NCBI GenBank assembly: GCA_027451405.1
Contig: DAIDJM010000024.1
Coordinates: 1,411 to 65,410, forward strand
Length of the DNA: 64,000 bases
From: Acetobacteraceae bacterium
GTDB taxonomy: Bacteria; Pseudomonadota; Alphaproteobacteria; Acetobacterales; Acetobacteraceae
Direction of reading: 5' to 3'
Shown: piece by piece, positions 44,626 to 53,827 of the stretch
How positions within the stretch are numbered: the first letter of the stretch is position 1
Layout of the letters: each line of letters begins with the position of its first letter
The notes under the pieces: generated by a model
Database searches by the model: none
Seen by the model: the letters and a program-made list of their open reading frames with translations, nothing else
What the model was told of the DNA's origin: nothing
Program-made: the position numbers and the translations under genes

Positions 44626-47600
44626 TCAGACCGGGGTGGTGAGGCCGGTCATGGACCGGACCAGCATCGCGAGCGATTTCACGCCCATTTTGCGCATCAC
44701 GTTCTGGCGGTGATGTTCGGTCGTGCGTTCGCTGATGCCGAGATCGGCGGCGATGTTCTTGTTGAGCTGGCCGACCACGATGCGGTCGAGGATCTCGCGC
44801 TCCCGGTGGGTGAGCGTCGCGAGCCGGGCGGCGATGTCGGCCTGGTTCGTCTGCGGCGGGATCGTTTCGGTCTCCTTCTCCAGCGCGCGCGCCACGCTCT
44901 CGGCGAGGTCGGCGCTGCCCACGGGCTTTTGGAGGAAATCGGCGGCGCCCTCGCGCATCGCTTCCACGGCGACCGGAAGCTCGCCGGTGCCGGTGAGGAA
45001 AATGATGCAGGGCTGGCGGGGCTCGGATTTCAGCCGGCGCTGCAATTCCAGTCCGCCGATGCCGGGCAGGGACACATCCACCAGCAGGCAGCGGAACCGG
45101 TCATGGCCGGGGTCGGCGAGAAAGGTTTCGGCGGAGGGGAAAGTTTCGATCCGGTAACCATGGGCTTCGAGGGCGACCCGGGTGGCGTCGCGGACCCCGG
45201 CATCGTCGTCGATGACGGCAATATCGGCGTCGGCGCGGGGCAGGGATCGCAGCTGCGGCCATTGTCCCCCGTCGCCGGCCCATGGCTGCCAATCGGGCAG
45301 GGAACGTTGCGCGAGGCTTTCGACGGCGGCCAGGAGCCGCGACGGCTTGACCGGCTTGCCGAGGAACTGGAGGTCGTCGGCCTTGGCGGGGGAAAGCGCC
45401 GTGTCGGGGCGCCGGCCGCTCAGGATCAGCGCCGGAATCTCGGCGTTGAGCTCGTCGCGGACCTGCCGGACGAGATCGGTGCCGAAGATGCCGTCCGGAA
45501 GATTGAAGTCGGTGACGATGACGTGGGGCCGGTCTGCCGGCGCGCGGCGCAGGCGGGCCATCGCGTCGGTGCTCGTTCGCGCCGCGGTCACCCGGTAGCC
45601 TTTCAGTTCCAGCAGGGCGCGCAGCGCATCGCGCTGGACGTCGTCATCCTCGACGAGCAGCACCGATGGGCTGGCGCTCGCCGCGGGCGGGCCGGCCGGG
45701 GCGGGGCCGGGGATATCGGCGAAATCCGCATGGCGGACGACGAGCGCGAGCATCGTTCCGCGGCCCGGGTTGGAGCGGATATCGATTTCGTAGCCCAACA
45801 AATCGGCGAAGCGCTTGACGATGTGCAAACCGAGGCCGAGGCCGGCCTTGCCGCCGTCGGCGGGCTGGACGCGATCGAATTCGCCGAACACGTCGCTGAT
45901 CCGGTCGGCCGGGATGCCGATGCCGGTGTCCCATACCTCGATCCGCAAGCCTTCGCCGCGCTGGCGGCAGCCGACCAGGATCCGCCCCTCGTCGGTATAT
46001 TTGATGGCGTTGGAGAGCAGATTGCCGAGGATGCGGACGAGGAGCCGGCGGTCGCCGCGGATGACGGCCGGCCGCGGCACGCAGCGCAGATCGAGTCCCT
46101 TGGCCGAAGCGAGCGGCGCGAATTCGGCGACCGCGCGGGTGAGCAGCGGCTCCACCGAGATATCGGTTATTTCGAGCTTGAGGCTGCCGGTCTCGATCTG
46201 ATCGAGATCGAGGAGCGAGTCGATCAGCTCGCCCATCCGGCTGGTGGCCGGGCCGATCTGCAGGAGCGTCGTGCGGGCCTGGGGGCTTACGATCTGCTGT
46301 TCGAGGACGCCGTGCAGCAATTCCAGAGTCTGTAGCGGCTGGCGGAGATCGTGGCTCGCCGCGGCGAGGAAGCGCGACTTGGCGCGGCTGGCCTCGTCGG
46401 CGGCCTGGCGCGCGGCGCGGAGCGCGGCTTCGGCCTGCGAGCGTTCGATCAGTTCGGCCGCCATCCGCATGTAGAGATCGGTGATCCGCAGATCGCGCTC
46501 GGAGGGGGTGTGGGGGTTGCGGAAATGGGTCGAGATCATCCCCTCGATCGTGCCGTCGCGCGCGAAGATCGGGGTGGACTGAACCGCCCGGAAACCCGCC
46601 TCGGCCGCGGCGGCGCGATGCGGCGCGAATGCCGCGTCCTGCTCGACATCGGTGACGACCACGCGGGTGCGCGCCTCGAGCGCGCGGCCGCAAACCGAGC
46701 CGTCGCCGGTGCGCGCGACGCCGAAATGCGCGAGGAAGGGAGCGGAGAAGCCCTTCTGCACGGCGATCCGGAGCGTTCCGGTCTTGCTGTCGTAAAGCTG
46801 GATGTTGCCGAAATCGGCACCCTGCACGCCGATCATCGTGCTCAGGATTTCGTCGAGCATCGCCGGCAGGTCGGCGGTTCCGGCGAGCCGGGTCGCCATG
46901 TCGTGCAGGCGCTGCATGTCGGCGAGATCGGCGGTGAGTTGCGCGCGCAACCGTTCCCGCTCGGCCTCGCCGCGCTTGAACTCGCGCAGATCGTGGATCG
47001 CCGCGAGCACGAGCTTGCCGTCGGCCGTCTCCACGGGGCTGAGGCCGATATCGAGCGGAAGCCGGGTGCCGTCCTTCGCGAGGCCGAGGATGGCCAGTCC
47101 CGCGCCCATCGCGCGCGGCTCGGATGTCTGCAGGAAAGCGGCATGGAGGCCGCGGTGCCGCTCCCGGAACTCGGGCGGGATCAGCCGGTCGATGGTATGG
47201 CCGAGCAGTTCGGCCTTGGCGTATCCGAACAGGGCTTCGGTCTGGCGGCTGACGAAGCGGATGCGGCCCTGCGGGTCGGTGGCCAGCGTGGGTGTCGGAA
47301 GCGCATCGATCAGCAATTGCAATTGCTGGCGGACGATGTGCGTCCGGCCGGTGATGTTCTCGAGGGCGAGCAGCACGACGGGTTCCTGCGGCGGCGCGCG
47401 GAAGGCGCGGACCGTCGCCTGCCAGATGTCCTGCTCGCCCTGGCTCTGGGTGACCGTGACCTGCTGGCTGCCGGCATTCTGGCCGCCGGTCAGGAACTGC
47501 CCGACGATCTCGAGCAGCGTCGGGTGCGTCAGCACCGGCGACTGGAAGTCGCGCAGGGACAGTTTGCCGCGCTGGTCGGGATGGATGCCGAAGGCGGCGC

Positions 47601-49803
47601 AGAACGGTTGGTTGGCCGAGATCAGACGGAAATCCTCGCCGATCGCCGCCATCGGCTCGGTGGCCATCTCGACCACGGTTTCGGTGAGGCGATGCGCGTC
47701 GCTGGTGGCGGCCTGTTCGTGCTTGAGGCGGGTGACGTCGGTGAAGGTGACGACGGCGCCGCGGATGCCGCCGGTTTCGTTGCGATAAGGCATGACCGAG
47801 CGCATGTACCAGGCGCCCGACGCGGCGCGGATTTCGCGCTCGCGCGACGCGCCCGACGAGCGCGCCGCCCTGGCATCGGCGGTGAGATCGGGATCGGCGA
47901 ATTTGGGGGACAGGTCGGCGAGCGGCCGGCCCACATCGGCCTCGATCAGCGAGAACAGGGCCCGCATCGGGGGATTGAATATCTTGATGTTGAGATCGCT
48001 GTCGAGCAATATGGTTGCGACCGACGAACTGTTCAGCAGGTTCGTGAGGTCGTTCGACATCTGCTGCTCGTGTTCGAGCGTTTTCTGAAGCTGATTGTTG
48101 AGCGTGGTCAGTTCCTCGTTGAGCGATTGCAGCTCCTCCTTGGAGGATTCGAGCTCCTCGTTGGTCGAGAGATATTCCTCGTTCAGCGACATCGCCTCTT
48201 CGTTCTTGGATTTGAGGCTTTCGTTCGCCTCGCGCAGTTCGGCGATCGTGCGGTCGAGCTCGCGGCGGGTCTCGGTGAGTTGCCGGCGGAGCTCGGTGAC
48301 CTCGGGGTCACCCTCGTCCGGCGCCTCCGGCACGCGTTTGCGGTAGATGCGCGATTTCTCGTCAAGCGGCTCGAACAGGCCTGGCGCGGCATTGACCGAT
48401 CCGGCCGAGCCGAGCAGCAGCAGGCCACCCTTGAGAAGCGCGAAATCGAAGGCGGCGAGCGCCTGGCGTTGCGCCTCGGGCACGAAATAAATCAGCACGT
48501 TGCGGCAGCAGACGAGGTCGAGGCGAGAGAACGGCGGGTCGTGGAGCACGTCGTGCCGGCTGAAGGTGATCAGGCGGCGCAATTCCATGCTGACGCGGAA
48601 GCGGCCGCCTTCGGGGGAAAAAAACCGGGCGAGCCGGTCGGCGGTGAGGTCGTGGCGGATGCTGTCCGGGTAGATCCCGGCGCGCGCGGTCTCGAGCGCG
48701 TCCTCGTCGATATCGGTCGCGAAGATCTGGATGCCGGCGCGCAGGCCCGCCGCGGCCATGCGTTCCGTGAGCAGAATGGCGAGGGAATAGGCTTCCTCCC
48801 CGGTGCTGCAGCCGGCGACCCAGGCGCGAAACATGCGGTCGGGTAGATGGTCGCGCAGGGCGGCGGCGACGCGCTCGCCGAGCAGCGCGAAACAATCGGG
48901 GTCGCGGAAGAAGCGGGTGACGTTGATCAGCAGGTCCCTGGCCAGGGCTCCGGCTTCGGCCGGATCGCGGCGCAGCTGCGCCAGATAGTCCCGGCGGCTG
49001 GCGATCCCATGCAGCGCGAGGCGGCGTTCGATGCGTCGCTGCAAGGTTCCGGTCTTGTAGAGGTGGAAATCCATGCCCGTGCCGGATTTGATGGCGTCGA
49101 CGAAGTCGGCGAGCGTCGGCTCGGGCGCGGCCGGCCCTTCCGGGGGTGCCGGCGCGGGCTGGGCGGTGACATAGGCGTGGGAGGCGTAGCGGGCCAGAAC
49201 GGCCGGCATCTCGGCGACGGGCAGGACGAAATCGGGGTGCGCCACCTCCATCGCGTGCCGCGGCATCCCGTCGAACCCGGCCTCCTGCGGGTCCTGCACG
49301 AGCGTCAGGCCACCGGCCTCGCGCAGGGCCTGCAGCCCTGCCGCGCCATCGGTGCCCGTGCCGGAGAGGAGGATGCCGATGCCGCGCGGCCCGCGTTCCT
49401 GGGCCAGGGATCGCAGGAACACGTCGATCGGCATGACCGGCTTCCGCTCGCCGGGCTCGGCGAGGTGGAGCGCCGGGCCGGCGAGCGTGAGATAGGCGTG
49501 GGGCGGAATCACATAGACATGGCCGGGCGCGATCCGGGTGGCGTGGGTTGCCGTCTCGACCGGCAGGGTAGTGCGCCGGGCGAGCAGGGCGGTGAGCGCG
49601 CTGGGGCTTGCCGGATCGAGATGCTGGATGACGACGAAGGCGAGGCCGGTTCCGGCCGGCAGCGCGGACAGCAGCCGCCCGATCGGCTCGAGCCCTCCGG
49701 CAGACGCGCCGATCGCGACGACGGGGATGGAAGCCTGCGCTTCCGTCGTCTCGGTGCCGCCGGCGCCGGCCGGCCGAGGTGGCTGGCTGCGGATTTCGTC
49801 CAT
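44626..49803 (-). CDS. 1725-aa multidomain sensor: CheB-like methylesterase, CheR-like methyltransferase, coiled coil, PAS repeats, GAF, HisKA/HATPase, REC, REC, LuxR/FixJ HTH
   Basis: Motifs in order: VVAIGASAGGLEP; AGCSTGEEAYSLAILL...CRNVLIYF; the heptad stretch LNEEYLSTNEELESSKEELQSLNEEL; FLAAASHDLRQPL; GLGLGLHIV; VLLVEDDD...VTDFNLPDG; IAVIDDDAGVRD...LLVDVSLPGIGG; LTHREREILDRIVVGQLNKNIAADLGISERTTEHH. Confidence 0.85.
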   Translation of the reverse strand: MDEIRSQPPRPAGAGGTETTEAQASIPVVAIGASAGGLEPIGRLLSALPAGTGLAFVVIQHLDPASPSALTALLARRTTLPVETATHATRIAPGHVYVIPPHAYLTLAGPALHLAEPGERKPVMPIDVFLRSLAQERGPRGIGILLSGTGTDGAAGLQALREAGGLTLVQDPQEAGFDGMPRHAMEVAHPDFVLPVAEMPAVLARYASHAYVTAQPAPAPPEGPAAPEPTLADFVDAIKSGTGMDFHLYKTGTLQRRIERRLALHGIASRRDYLAQLRRDPAEAGALARDLLINVTRFFRDPDCFALLGERVAAALRDHLPDRMFRAWVAGCSTGEEAYSLAILLTERMAAAGLRAGIQIFATDIDEDALETARAGIYPDSIRHDLTADRLARFFSPEGGRFRVSMELRRLITFSRHDVLHDPPFSRLDLVCCRNVLIYFVPEAQRQALAAFDFALLKGGLLLLGSAGSVNAAPGLFEPLDEKSRIYRKRVPEAPDEGDPEVTELRRQLTETRRELDRTIAELREANESLKSKNEEAMSLNEEYLSTNEELESSKEELQSLNEELTTLNNQLQKTLEHEQQMSNDLTNLLNSSSVATILLDSDLNIKIFNPPMRALFSLIEADVGRPLADLSPKFADPDLTADARAARSSGASREREIRAASGAWYMRSVMPYRNETGGIRGAVVTFTDVTRLKHEQAATSDAHRLTETVVEMATEPMAAIGEDFRLISANQPFCAAFGIHPDQRGKLSLRDFQSPVLTHPTLLEIVGQFLTGGQNAGSQQVTVTQSQGEQDIWQATVRAFRAPPQEPVVLLALENITGRTHIVRQQLQLLIDALPTPTLATDPQGRIRFVSRQTEALFGYAKAELLGHTIDRLIPPEFRERHRGLHAAFLQTSEPRAMGAGLAILGLAKDGTRLPLDIGLSPVETADGKLVLAAIHDLREFKRGEAERERLRAQLTADLADMQRLHDMATRLAGTADLPAMLDEILSTMIGVQGADFGNIQLYDSKTGTLRIAVQKGFSAPFLAHFGVARTGDGSVCGRALEARTRVVVTDVEQDAAFAPHRAAAAEAGFRAVQSTPIFARDGTIEGMISTHFRNPHTPSERDLRITDLYMRMAAELIERSQAEAALRAARQAADEASRAKSRFLAAASHDLRQPLQTLELLHGVLEQQIVSPQARTTLLQIGPATSRMGELIDSLLDLDQIETGSLKLEITDISVEPLLTRAVAEFAPLASAKGLDLRCVPRPAVIRGDRRLLVRILGNLLSNAIKYTDEGRILVGCRQRGEGLRIEVWDTGIGIPADRISDVFGEFDRVQPADGGKAGLGLGLHIVKRFADLLGYEIDIRSNPGRGTMLALVVRHADFADIPGPAPAGPPAASASPSVLLVEDDDVQRDALRALLELKGYRVTAARTSTDAMARLRRAPADRPHVIVTDFNLPDGIFGTDLVRQVRDELNAEIPALILSGRRPDTALSPAKADDLQFLGKPVKPSRLLAAVESLAQRSLPDWQPWAGDGGQWPQLRSLPRADADIAVIDDDAGVRDATRVALEAHGYRIETFPSAETFLADPGHDRFRCLLVDVSLPGIGGLELQRRLKSEPRQPCIIFLTGTGELPVAVEAMREGAADFLQKPVGSADLAESVARALEKETETIPPQTNQADIAARLATLTHREREILDRIVVGQLNKNIAADLGISERTTEHHRQNVMRKMGVKSLAMLVRSMTGLTTPV

Positions 49804-50068
49804 GGGTCACGCACCGGCGGGTCGGGATGCCCGCTTGCACCATGTTCCGGAATCGCAAGGCGTCGCGCAAGGCCGAAACGCGAGCGGCGGGCGATCCGCG
49901 CGGTACATCGGTAGGAATACCTAGAGGAAATCCGTCACTGTCCCGTGACCGGCTTTTGGATGCGAAATACGCTGGGTCCCGGGACAAGGCTCGGAAAGAC
50001 GGTCCGGGATCGTTTCTTCAACCAAAAGGCCAATCGCGCGCAAGGCCATTCTCGGAGGATTTGTCGAG

Positions 50069-50509
50069 GTGAAAGCGCAATCCGCCATGCCTGCCCATGC
50101 TCACGGCCGCGAGCAATTTCCGGTTCTGATCGTCGATGACGACCGTTCGATGCGGGACACGCTGGCGATCTGCCTGCACGAGGAAGGCTTCGCGGTTTCC
50201 TCGGTGGATACGGGAGAGTCGGCGATCCGGCTGCTCCGGAAGACGCCCCGGCGGTGGGTGGTGATTTCGGACCACCATCTCGGCAGCGGGATGAACGGCG
50301 CGGAACTCGGGCACATTCTCGCCGACGAGTTGCCGCAGCACGGATTTCTCATGCTGAGCGGTGATGGCGGGCAAAGCGGACAATCGTATGCCTTCGTCGA
50401 AAAGCCGTTCAGCCTTTCGAAGTTGCTGGCCCTGCTCGACGTGCTGATGCTGTTGATGGCCAATGCGCCGGCGGCGACCGCGATGCACGCGGTTGCCGCG
50501 AGTCCCTGA
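50069..50509 (+). CDS. Stand-alone receiver-domain response regulator
   Basis: VLIVDDDRSMRD, VVISDHHL (acceptor Asp), MLSG and EKPF. The GTG at 50069 lies 10 nt after GGAGG. Confidence 0.7.
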   Translation: MKAQSAMPAHAHGREQFPVLIVDDDRSMRDTLAICLHEEGFAVSSVDTGESAIRLLRKTPRRWVVISDHHLGSGMNGAELGHILADELPQHGFLMLSGDGGQSGQSYAFVEKPFSLSKLLALLDVLMLLMANAPAATAMHAVAASP

Positions 50510-50543
50510 GCCGCGCGGCGCGCGGGCGAAGCCGAGGCCGGTC

Positions 50544-51281
50544 ATGGAGGACAGGCACGGAATCCAGGAAATGACGGCGGGCTACGGACGTTTCGAGTCC
50601 GCGACTGGCCGGCCGGCGGACCCGTCCGTTCCCGGCGAGCGGTTTCCGGCGTTCGCGCGTTGCGCCTCGCCCGACCTGCTGCTGCCGGTTTTTCGCATCC
50701 GGCAATACCGGCGCCAGGAGGAGATCGTGGCGCAGGAGGGGGTGCCGGATTTTGCGTTCTGGATCGTCAGCGGATGCGTCCGGACGGTCCGCCAGTGGCG
50801 AGACGGCCGCCGTCAGATCGGCGAGTTCCTGATGGCGGGCGATCTGTTCGATCGCGACGATATCGGGCGCGGCAGGTTCGGCGCCGAGGCGGTGAGCCCG
50901 ACCCGGGCCTTGTGCGTCCGGGTCAGCGCGCTCCAGGAGCTGGCGGCGCGACAACCCTGCGTTGCGATCGAGCTTCGGCAGCATGCCGTCGATCGCATGC
51001 GCCGGACACTCGATCGTCTGATCCTGCTGGGGCGGATGACGGCGAGCGAGCGCATCGCCTGCTTCCTGATCGAAATGAACGAGCGGCTCGGCGCGGAGGG
51101 AACGATCGACCTGCCGATGAACCGGACCGACATCGCGGATTATCTGGGTTTGACGATCGAAACGGTCTGCCGTGGCCTGGCCGTGCTGCGGCAACGCGGC
51201 GCGATCGCCATCGACCGGTCGAGGATCACGATTTTCGACCGCTGTGCCCTTGAGCGGGCGGAGCGGGGATATCTCAACTGA
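50544..51281 (+). CDS. Crp/Fnr-family transcriptional regulator
   Basis: A cNMP-binding-like beta-roll (FWIVSGCVRTVRQWRDGRRQIGEFLMAGDLF) and the HTH RTDIADYLGLTIETVCRGL. No N-terminal Cys cluster is evident. Confidence 0.8.
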   Translation: MEDRHGIQEMTAGYGRFESATGRPADPSVPGERFPAFARCASPDLLLPVFRIRQYRRQEEIVAQEGVPDFAFWIVSGCVRTVRQWRDGRRQIGEFLMAGDLFDRDDIGRGRFGAEAVSPTRALCVRVSALQELAARQPCVAIELRQHAVDRMRRTLDRLILLGRMTASERIACFLIEMNERLGAEGTIDLPMNRTDIADYLGLTIETVCRGLAVLRQRGAIAIDRSRITIFDRCALERAERGYLN

Positions 51282-51301
51282 AGCGCGGGCGAGTGGCGGG
51301 C

Positions 51302-51397
51302 GCCTCCGGCGGGCAGGGCTCTGCCCCTCGCCATCGGTGCTTGAACCGATGGCGCACACGATGGCGAGCCCGCTGGGGCCGAAAGGCCCCAGACCCC
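51302..51397 (-). repeat. REP-A copy A15 (reverse, long variant); left half of a doublet
   Basis: GCCTCCGGCGGGCAGGGCTCTGCCCCTCGCC...CCGATGGCGCACACGATGGCGAGCCCGCTGGGGCCGAAAGGCCCCAGACCCC. Confidence 0.85.
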
Positions 51398-51426
51398 ACT
51401 ACTTTAGAAAATCGTCTCGGCCAGCT

Positions 51427-51477
51427 TGGCTTTTTCAGCCCCAGCGGGTCCCGGGCAGAGCCCGGGCCGCCGGAGGC
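51427..51477 (+). repeat. REP-A copy A16 (forward, hairpin 1 degenerate); right half of a doublet
   Basis: ...CAGCCCCAGCGGGTCCCGGGCAGAGCCCGGGCCGCCGGAGGC. Confidence 0.65.
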
Positions 51478-51518
51478 GCGCCTCAACGAAACCGCGTTCC
51501 GATCGACAGGGAAAGGCG

Positions 51519-51594
51519 TGGTGCCCAGGGGCGGAATCGAACCACCGACACTGCGATTTTCAGTCGCATGCTCTACCAACTGAGCTACCTGGGC
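51519..51594 (-). tRNA. tRNA-Phe (GAA)
   Basis: Reverse complement is GCCCAGGTAGCTCAGTTGGTAGAGCATGCGACTGAAAATCGCAGTGTCGGTGGTTCGATTCCGCCCCTGGGCACCA. Cloverleaf, GAA anticodon and encoded CCA are present. Confidence 0.95.
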
Positions 51595-51630
51595 GCCGGG
51601 CGGGGTGGTTAGCCCAGGGGCGAGGGGGGA

Positions 51631-51801
51631 TCAAGCCGCGCCGGTGTCTTCGGTCGCGTCGGCGAGGGGGCCGGGGATCGCATACTGGCCGGTCAGCCAG
51701 CGGCCGAGATCGATTTCCGCGCAGCGCGGCGAGCAGAACGGGTGTCGCGCGGGGTCCGCGGGCTTGCGGCAGATCGGGCATGGGGTGGCGCTATCCGGCA
51801 A
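51631..51801 (-). CDS. yacG: DNA gyrase inhibitor YacG-like zinc-ribbon protein (not on ORF track)
   Basis: The frame gives ...[39 protein letters not shown]... The only in-frame start candidate is TTG at 51801, which overlaps the upstream stop. Track ORF 51560..51781 is in another frame. Confidence 0.65.
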   Translation of the reverse strand: MPDSATPCPICRKPADPARHPFCSPRCAEIDLGRWLTGQYAIPGPLADATEDTGAA

Positions 51802-52879
51802 CGGGCGTCTCCAGCATCCAGGTGCAGGCGCCGAGTGTGGGGTCGGCGCGGAGGGTGAGACTCCCGGTATGGTGTGCGGCCTCTTCCCTTGCGAGCGGGT
51901 CGCCGTCCAGGGCCGCGATGACGGCGGGCGCGGCGCGGAGCGTCAGCGCGGCCGGAGCGCGGCGGGTGGCCTCGCGCAGCGCGGCGAGCGCGGCCGCGTG
52001 GGGGCCGGCGAGCAGCTCGTGGAGCGGGGGGTAGCGGCGGGGGCGCACGATTTCGGCGAGGCCCAGCCGGGTGAAGCCGAGCAGGCGGGGGCGGAGCGGG
52101 TCGGCGGCGAGGGCGGCATCGAGGTCGGGGCCGAGGGCGCTGCGGCGTCTGGCGGGCAGGCCGGCGAAATCGATCAGGATGGCGCCCGAGAGGTTGCGGA
52201 GCCGGATCTGGCGGGCCAGCGCCGGGAGGGCGGCCCGGTTGGCGGCGAATTGCGCGGCGGGTTTGGGGGCGCGCCCGGCGGTGGCGGCCGCCATGTCGAG
52301 GTCGATGGCGGTGAGGGCCGGGGTGGGGGTGATGGTGGCGCGCAGCCCGCCGGGCAGCGTGGTCTCGGGGGTTTCCAGGGCTTCGGTTTCGTCGAGCAGG
52401 TCCGGGTCGGGGTCCGCGCGGGTGAGGCGGCCGGGATAGGCGGCGGCGAATTGGGCCAGGAGCGCGTGGGAGGCGACCTGGATCGGCGCCCCGGGGTGGA
52501 GGGCGGCGAGTTCGGCGAGAGGACCGGGGGCAGGCTCGAGCAGGCCCAGCCGGTCGATCGGCTGCTGGGGGACGCGGGCGGTGACGCGGGGGCCTTTGCC
52601 GCCTTGGGGGGCGCGGAGGATGCGGACCGTGAGCCAGGCGCCGATGCCGGGCGCGCCCTCGGTTTCAGTGTCGGGGAGGAAGGCTTCCGCGCCGTCGAGG
52701 GTGACGAAGCGGCCGGCCATGGCGGGGACGATGGCGGCGACCCGGGCCTGGTGAAGCTCGCCCGGCTGGAAGCGCTGGCCGGGGCGCCAGATCTGGTAAT
52801 GTTCGAGCCCGCCGGGGCCGGTCAGGGCGAGGCGGCGTTCACCGGGGCTCGCCCAGAGATGGATCGCGCTGGCCTTCAA
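51791..52879 (-). CDS. Rne/Rng-family ribonuclease (short form)
   Basis: S1-like region [30 protein letters not shown] and catalytic-core-like ...[10 protein letters not shown]... and ...AILIDFAGL... The TTG at 52879 overlaps the maf stop (TTGA). Confidence 0.7.
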   Translation of the reverse strand: MKASAIHLWASPGERRLALTGPGGLEHYQIWRPGQRFQPGELHQARVAAIVPAMAGRFVTLDGAEAFLPDTETEGAPGIGAWLTVRILRAPQGGKGPRVTARVPQQPIDRLGLLEPAPGPLAELAALHPGAPIQVASHALLAQFAAAYPGRLTRADPDPDLLDETEALETPETTLPGGLRATITPTPALTAIDLDMAAATAGRAPKPAAQFAANRAALPALARQIRLRNLSGAILIDFAGLPARRRSALGPDLDAALAADPLRPRLLGFTRLGLAEIVRPRRYPPLHELLAGPHAAALAALREATRRAPAALTLRAAPAVIAALDGDPLAREEAAHHTGSLTLRADPTLGACTWMLETPVAG

Positions 52880-53502
52880 GTGATGGAGTCTGGGGCCTCT
52901 GGCCCCAGCAGGTCCAGGGCGGCGCCCTGGCCGCCGGCGGCGCGCCACCCCAGCCCCTGCAGCAATTGGGCGGTCTCGTAGAGCGGCAGCCCCACCACCC
53001 CCGAATAGCTGCCCGAGAGCGCCCGCACGAACCCGGCGGCAAGGCCCTGGATCGCGTAGCCGCCGGCCTTGCCCTGCCACTCGCCGCTCGCGAGGTAGGC
53101 GCGGCGCGCGGCATCGCTGAGGCGGGCGAAGGTGACGATGCTTTCGCAGAGGCGCTCGCGAAGGCGGCCCGCGGGGTCGATCAGGGCAATGGCCGTATAG
53201 ACGCGGTGGCGCCGGCCCGAGAGCAGGCGGAGGCAGCGCTCGGCTTCGACCAGGGTCGCGGGTTTGGGGAGGATGCGGCGGCCGGCGGCCACCACCGTAT
53301 CGGCGGCCAGCGTATAGGCGCCGGGTTCGGCGGCGGCTTCGGCCTTGGCGCGGGCGAGCCGGCGGGCGAGGGGGCGGGGGAGTTCGCCCGGGAGGGGCGT
53401 CTCGTCGATCGCGGCGGGCGCGATGCGGTCGGGTTCGATGCCGAGCTGGGCGAGGAGGGCGAGCCGGCGGGGACTCGCGGAGGCGAGGATCAGCGGGGCC
53501 AA
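52876..53502 (-). CDS. maf: Maf-like nucleoside triphosphate pyrophosphatase with a REP-derived C-terminal tail
   Basis: [17 protein letters not shown], ...KAGGYAIQG... and [10 protein letters not shown]. The last ~22 codons are read through REP-A copy A17. Confidence 0.85.
   Translation of the reverse strand: MAPLILASASPRRLALLAQLGIEPDRIAPAAIDETPLPGELPRPLARRLARAKAEAAAEPGAYTLAADTVVAAGRRILPKPATLVEAERCLRLLSGRRHRVYTAIALIDPAGRLRERLCESIVTFARLSDAARRAYLASGEWQGKAGGYAIQGLAAGFVRALSGSYSGVVGLPLYETAQLLQGLGWRAAGGQGAALDLLGPEAPDSIT
52885..52941 (+). repeat. REP-A copy A17 (forward) inside the maf 3' end
   Basis: GGAGTCTGGGGCCTCTGGCCCCAGCAGGTCCAGGGCGGCGCCCTGGCCGCCGGCGGC. Confidence 0.8.
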
Positions 53503-53518
53503 GCGCGGGCCGGCGGCG

Positions 53519-53740
53519 TCACTTGAAGCGGAACGTGATGCGGCCCTTGGTGAGGTCGTAGGGGGTCATTTCCACGTTCACCCGGTCGCCGGCGAGGACG
53601 CGGATGCGGTTCTTGCGCATCTTGCCGCTCGTATGGGCGAGGATGATGTGGTCGTTGGTGTCCAGCTTCACGCGGAACATGGCGTTGGGCAGCAGCTCGG
53701 TGACGACGCCGCTGAACTCGATCATGTCTTCTTTCGGCAC
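53519..53740 (-). CDS. infA: Translation initiation factor IF-1
   Basis: [73 protein letters not shown]. Confidence 0.97.
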   Translation of the reverse strand: MPKEDMIEFSGVVTELLPNAMFRVKLDTNDHIILAHTSGKMRKNRIRVLAGDRVNVEMTPYDLTKGRITFRFK

Positions 53741-53827
53741 TCAGACCTCGTGGTGTGTGGCGTGGCGGCGTTGTGGTCGCGGGGTGGGGCCGGGTCAAGG
53801 CTTGGGACGCGCGCGTCGGCCCGGCGC

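Noticed and set aside
49830-49860. Imperfect palindrome CTTGCACCATGTTCCGGAATCGCAAG in the region between the 1725-aa sensor gene and the receiver gene, considered as a Crp/Fnr-type operator for the adjacent regulator.
   Set aside because: Only the outer 5 bp and the central TTCCGGAA pair. It does not match the TTGAT-N4-ATCAA consensus. With a single occurrence it cannot be distinguished from chance.
51297-51600. tRNA-Phe (and tRNA-Thr at 58099..58173) as integration sites for a prophage or genomic island.
   Set aside because: No integrase, no phage-like genes and no direct repeat of the tRNA 3' end are visible nearby. The adjacent sequence consists of a REP-A doublet and core genes (yacG, rng, maf, infA; dcd, murA).
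51560-51781. Track ORF of 73 aa ([22 protein letters not shown]...) next to tRNA-Phe.
   Set aside because: A different frame of the same stretch encodes a clean YacG zinc-ribbon (CPICRKP...[15 protein letters not shown]). The track ORF is Arg/Pro-rich and runs into the tRNA gene.
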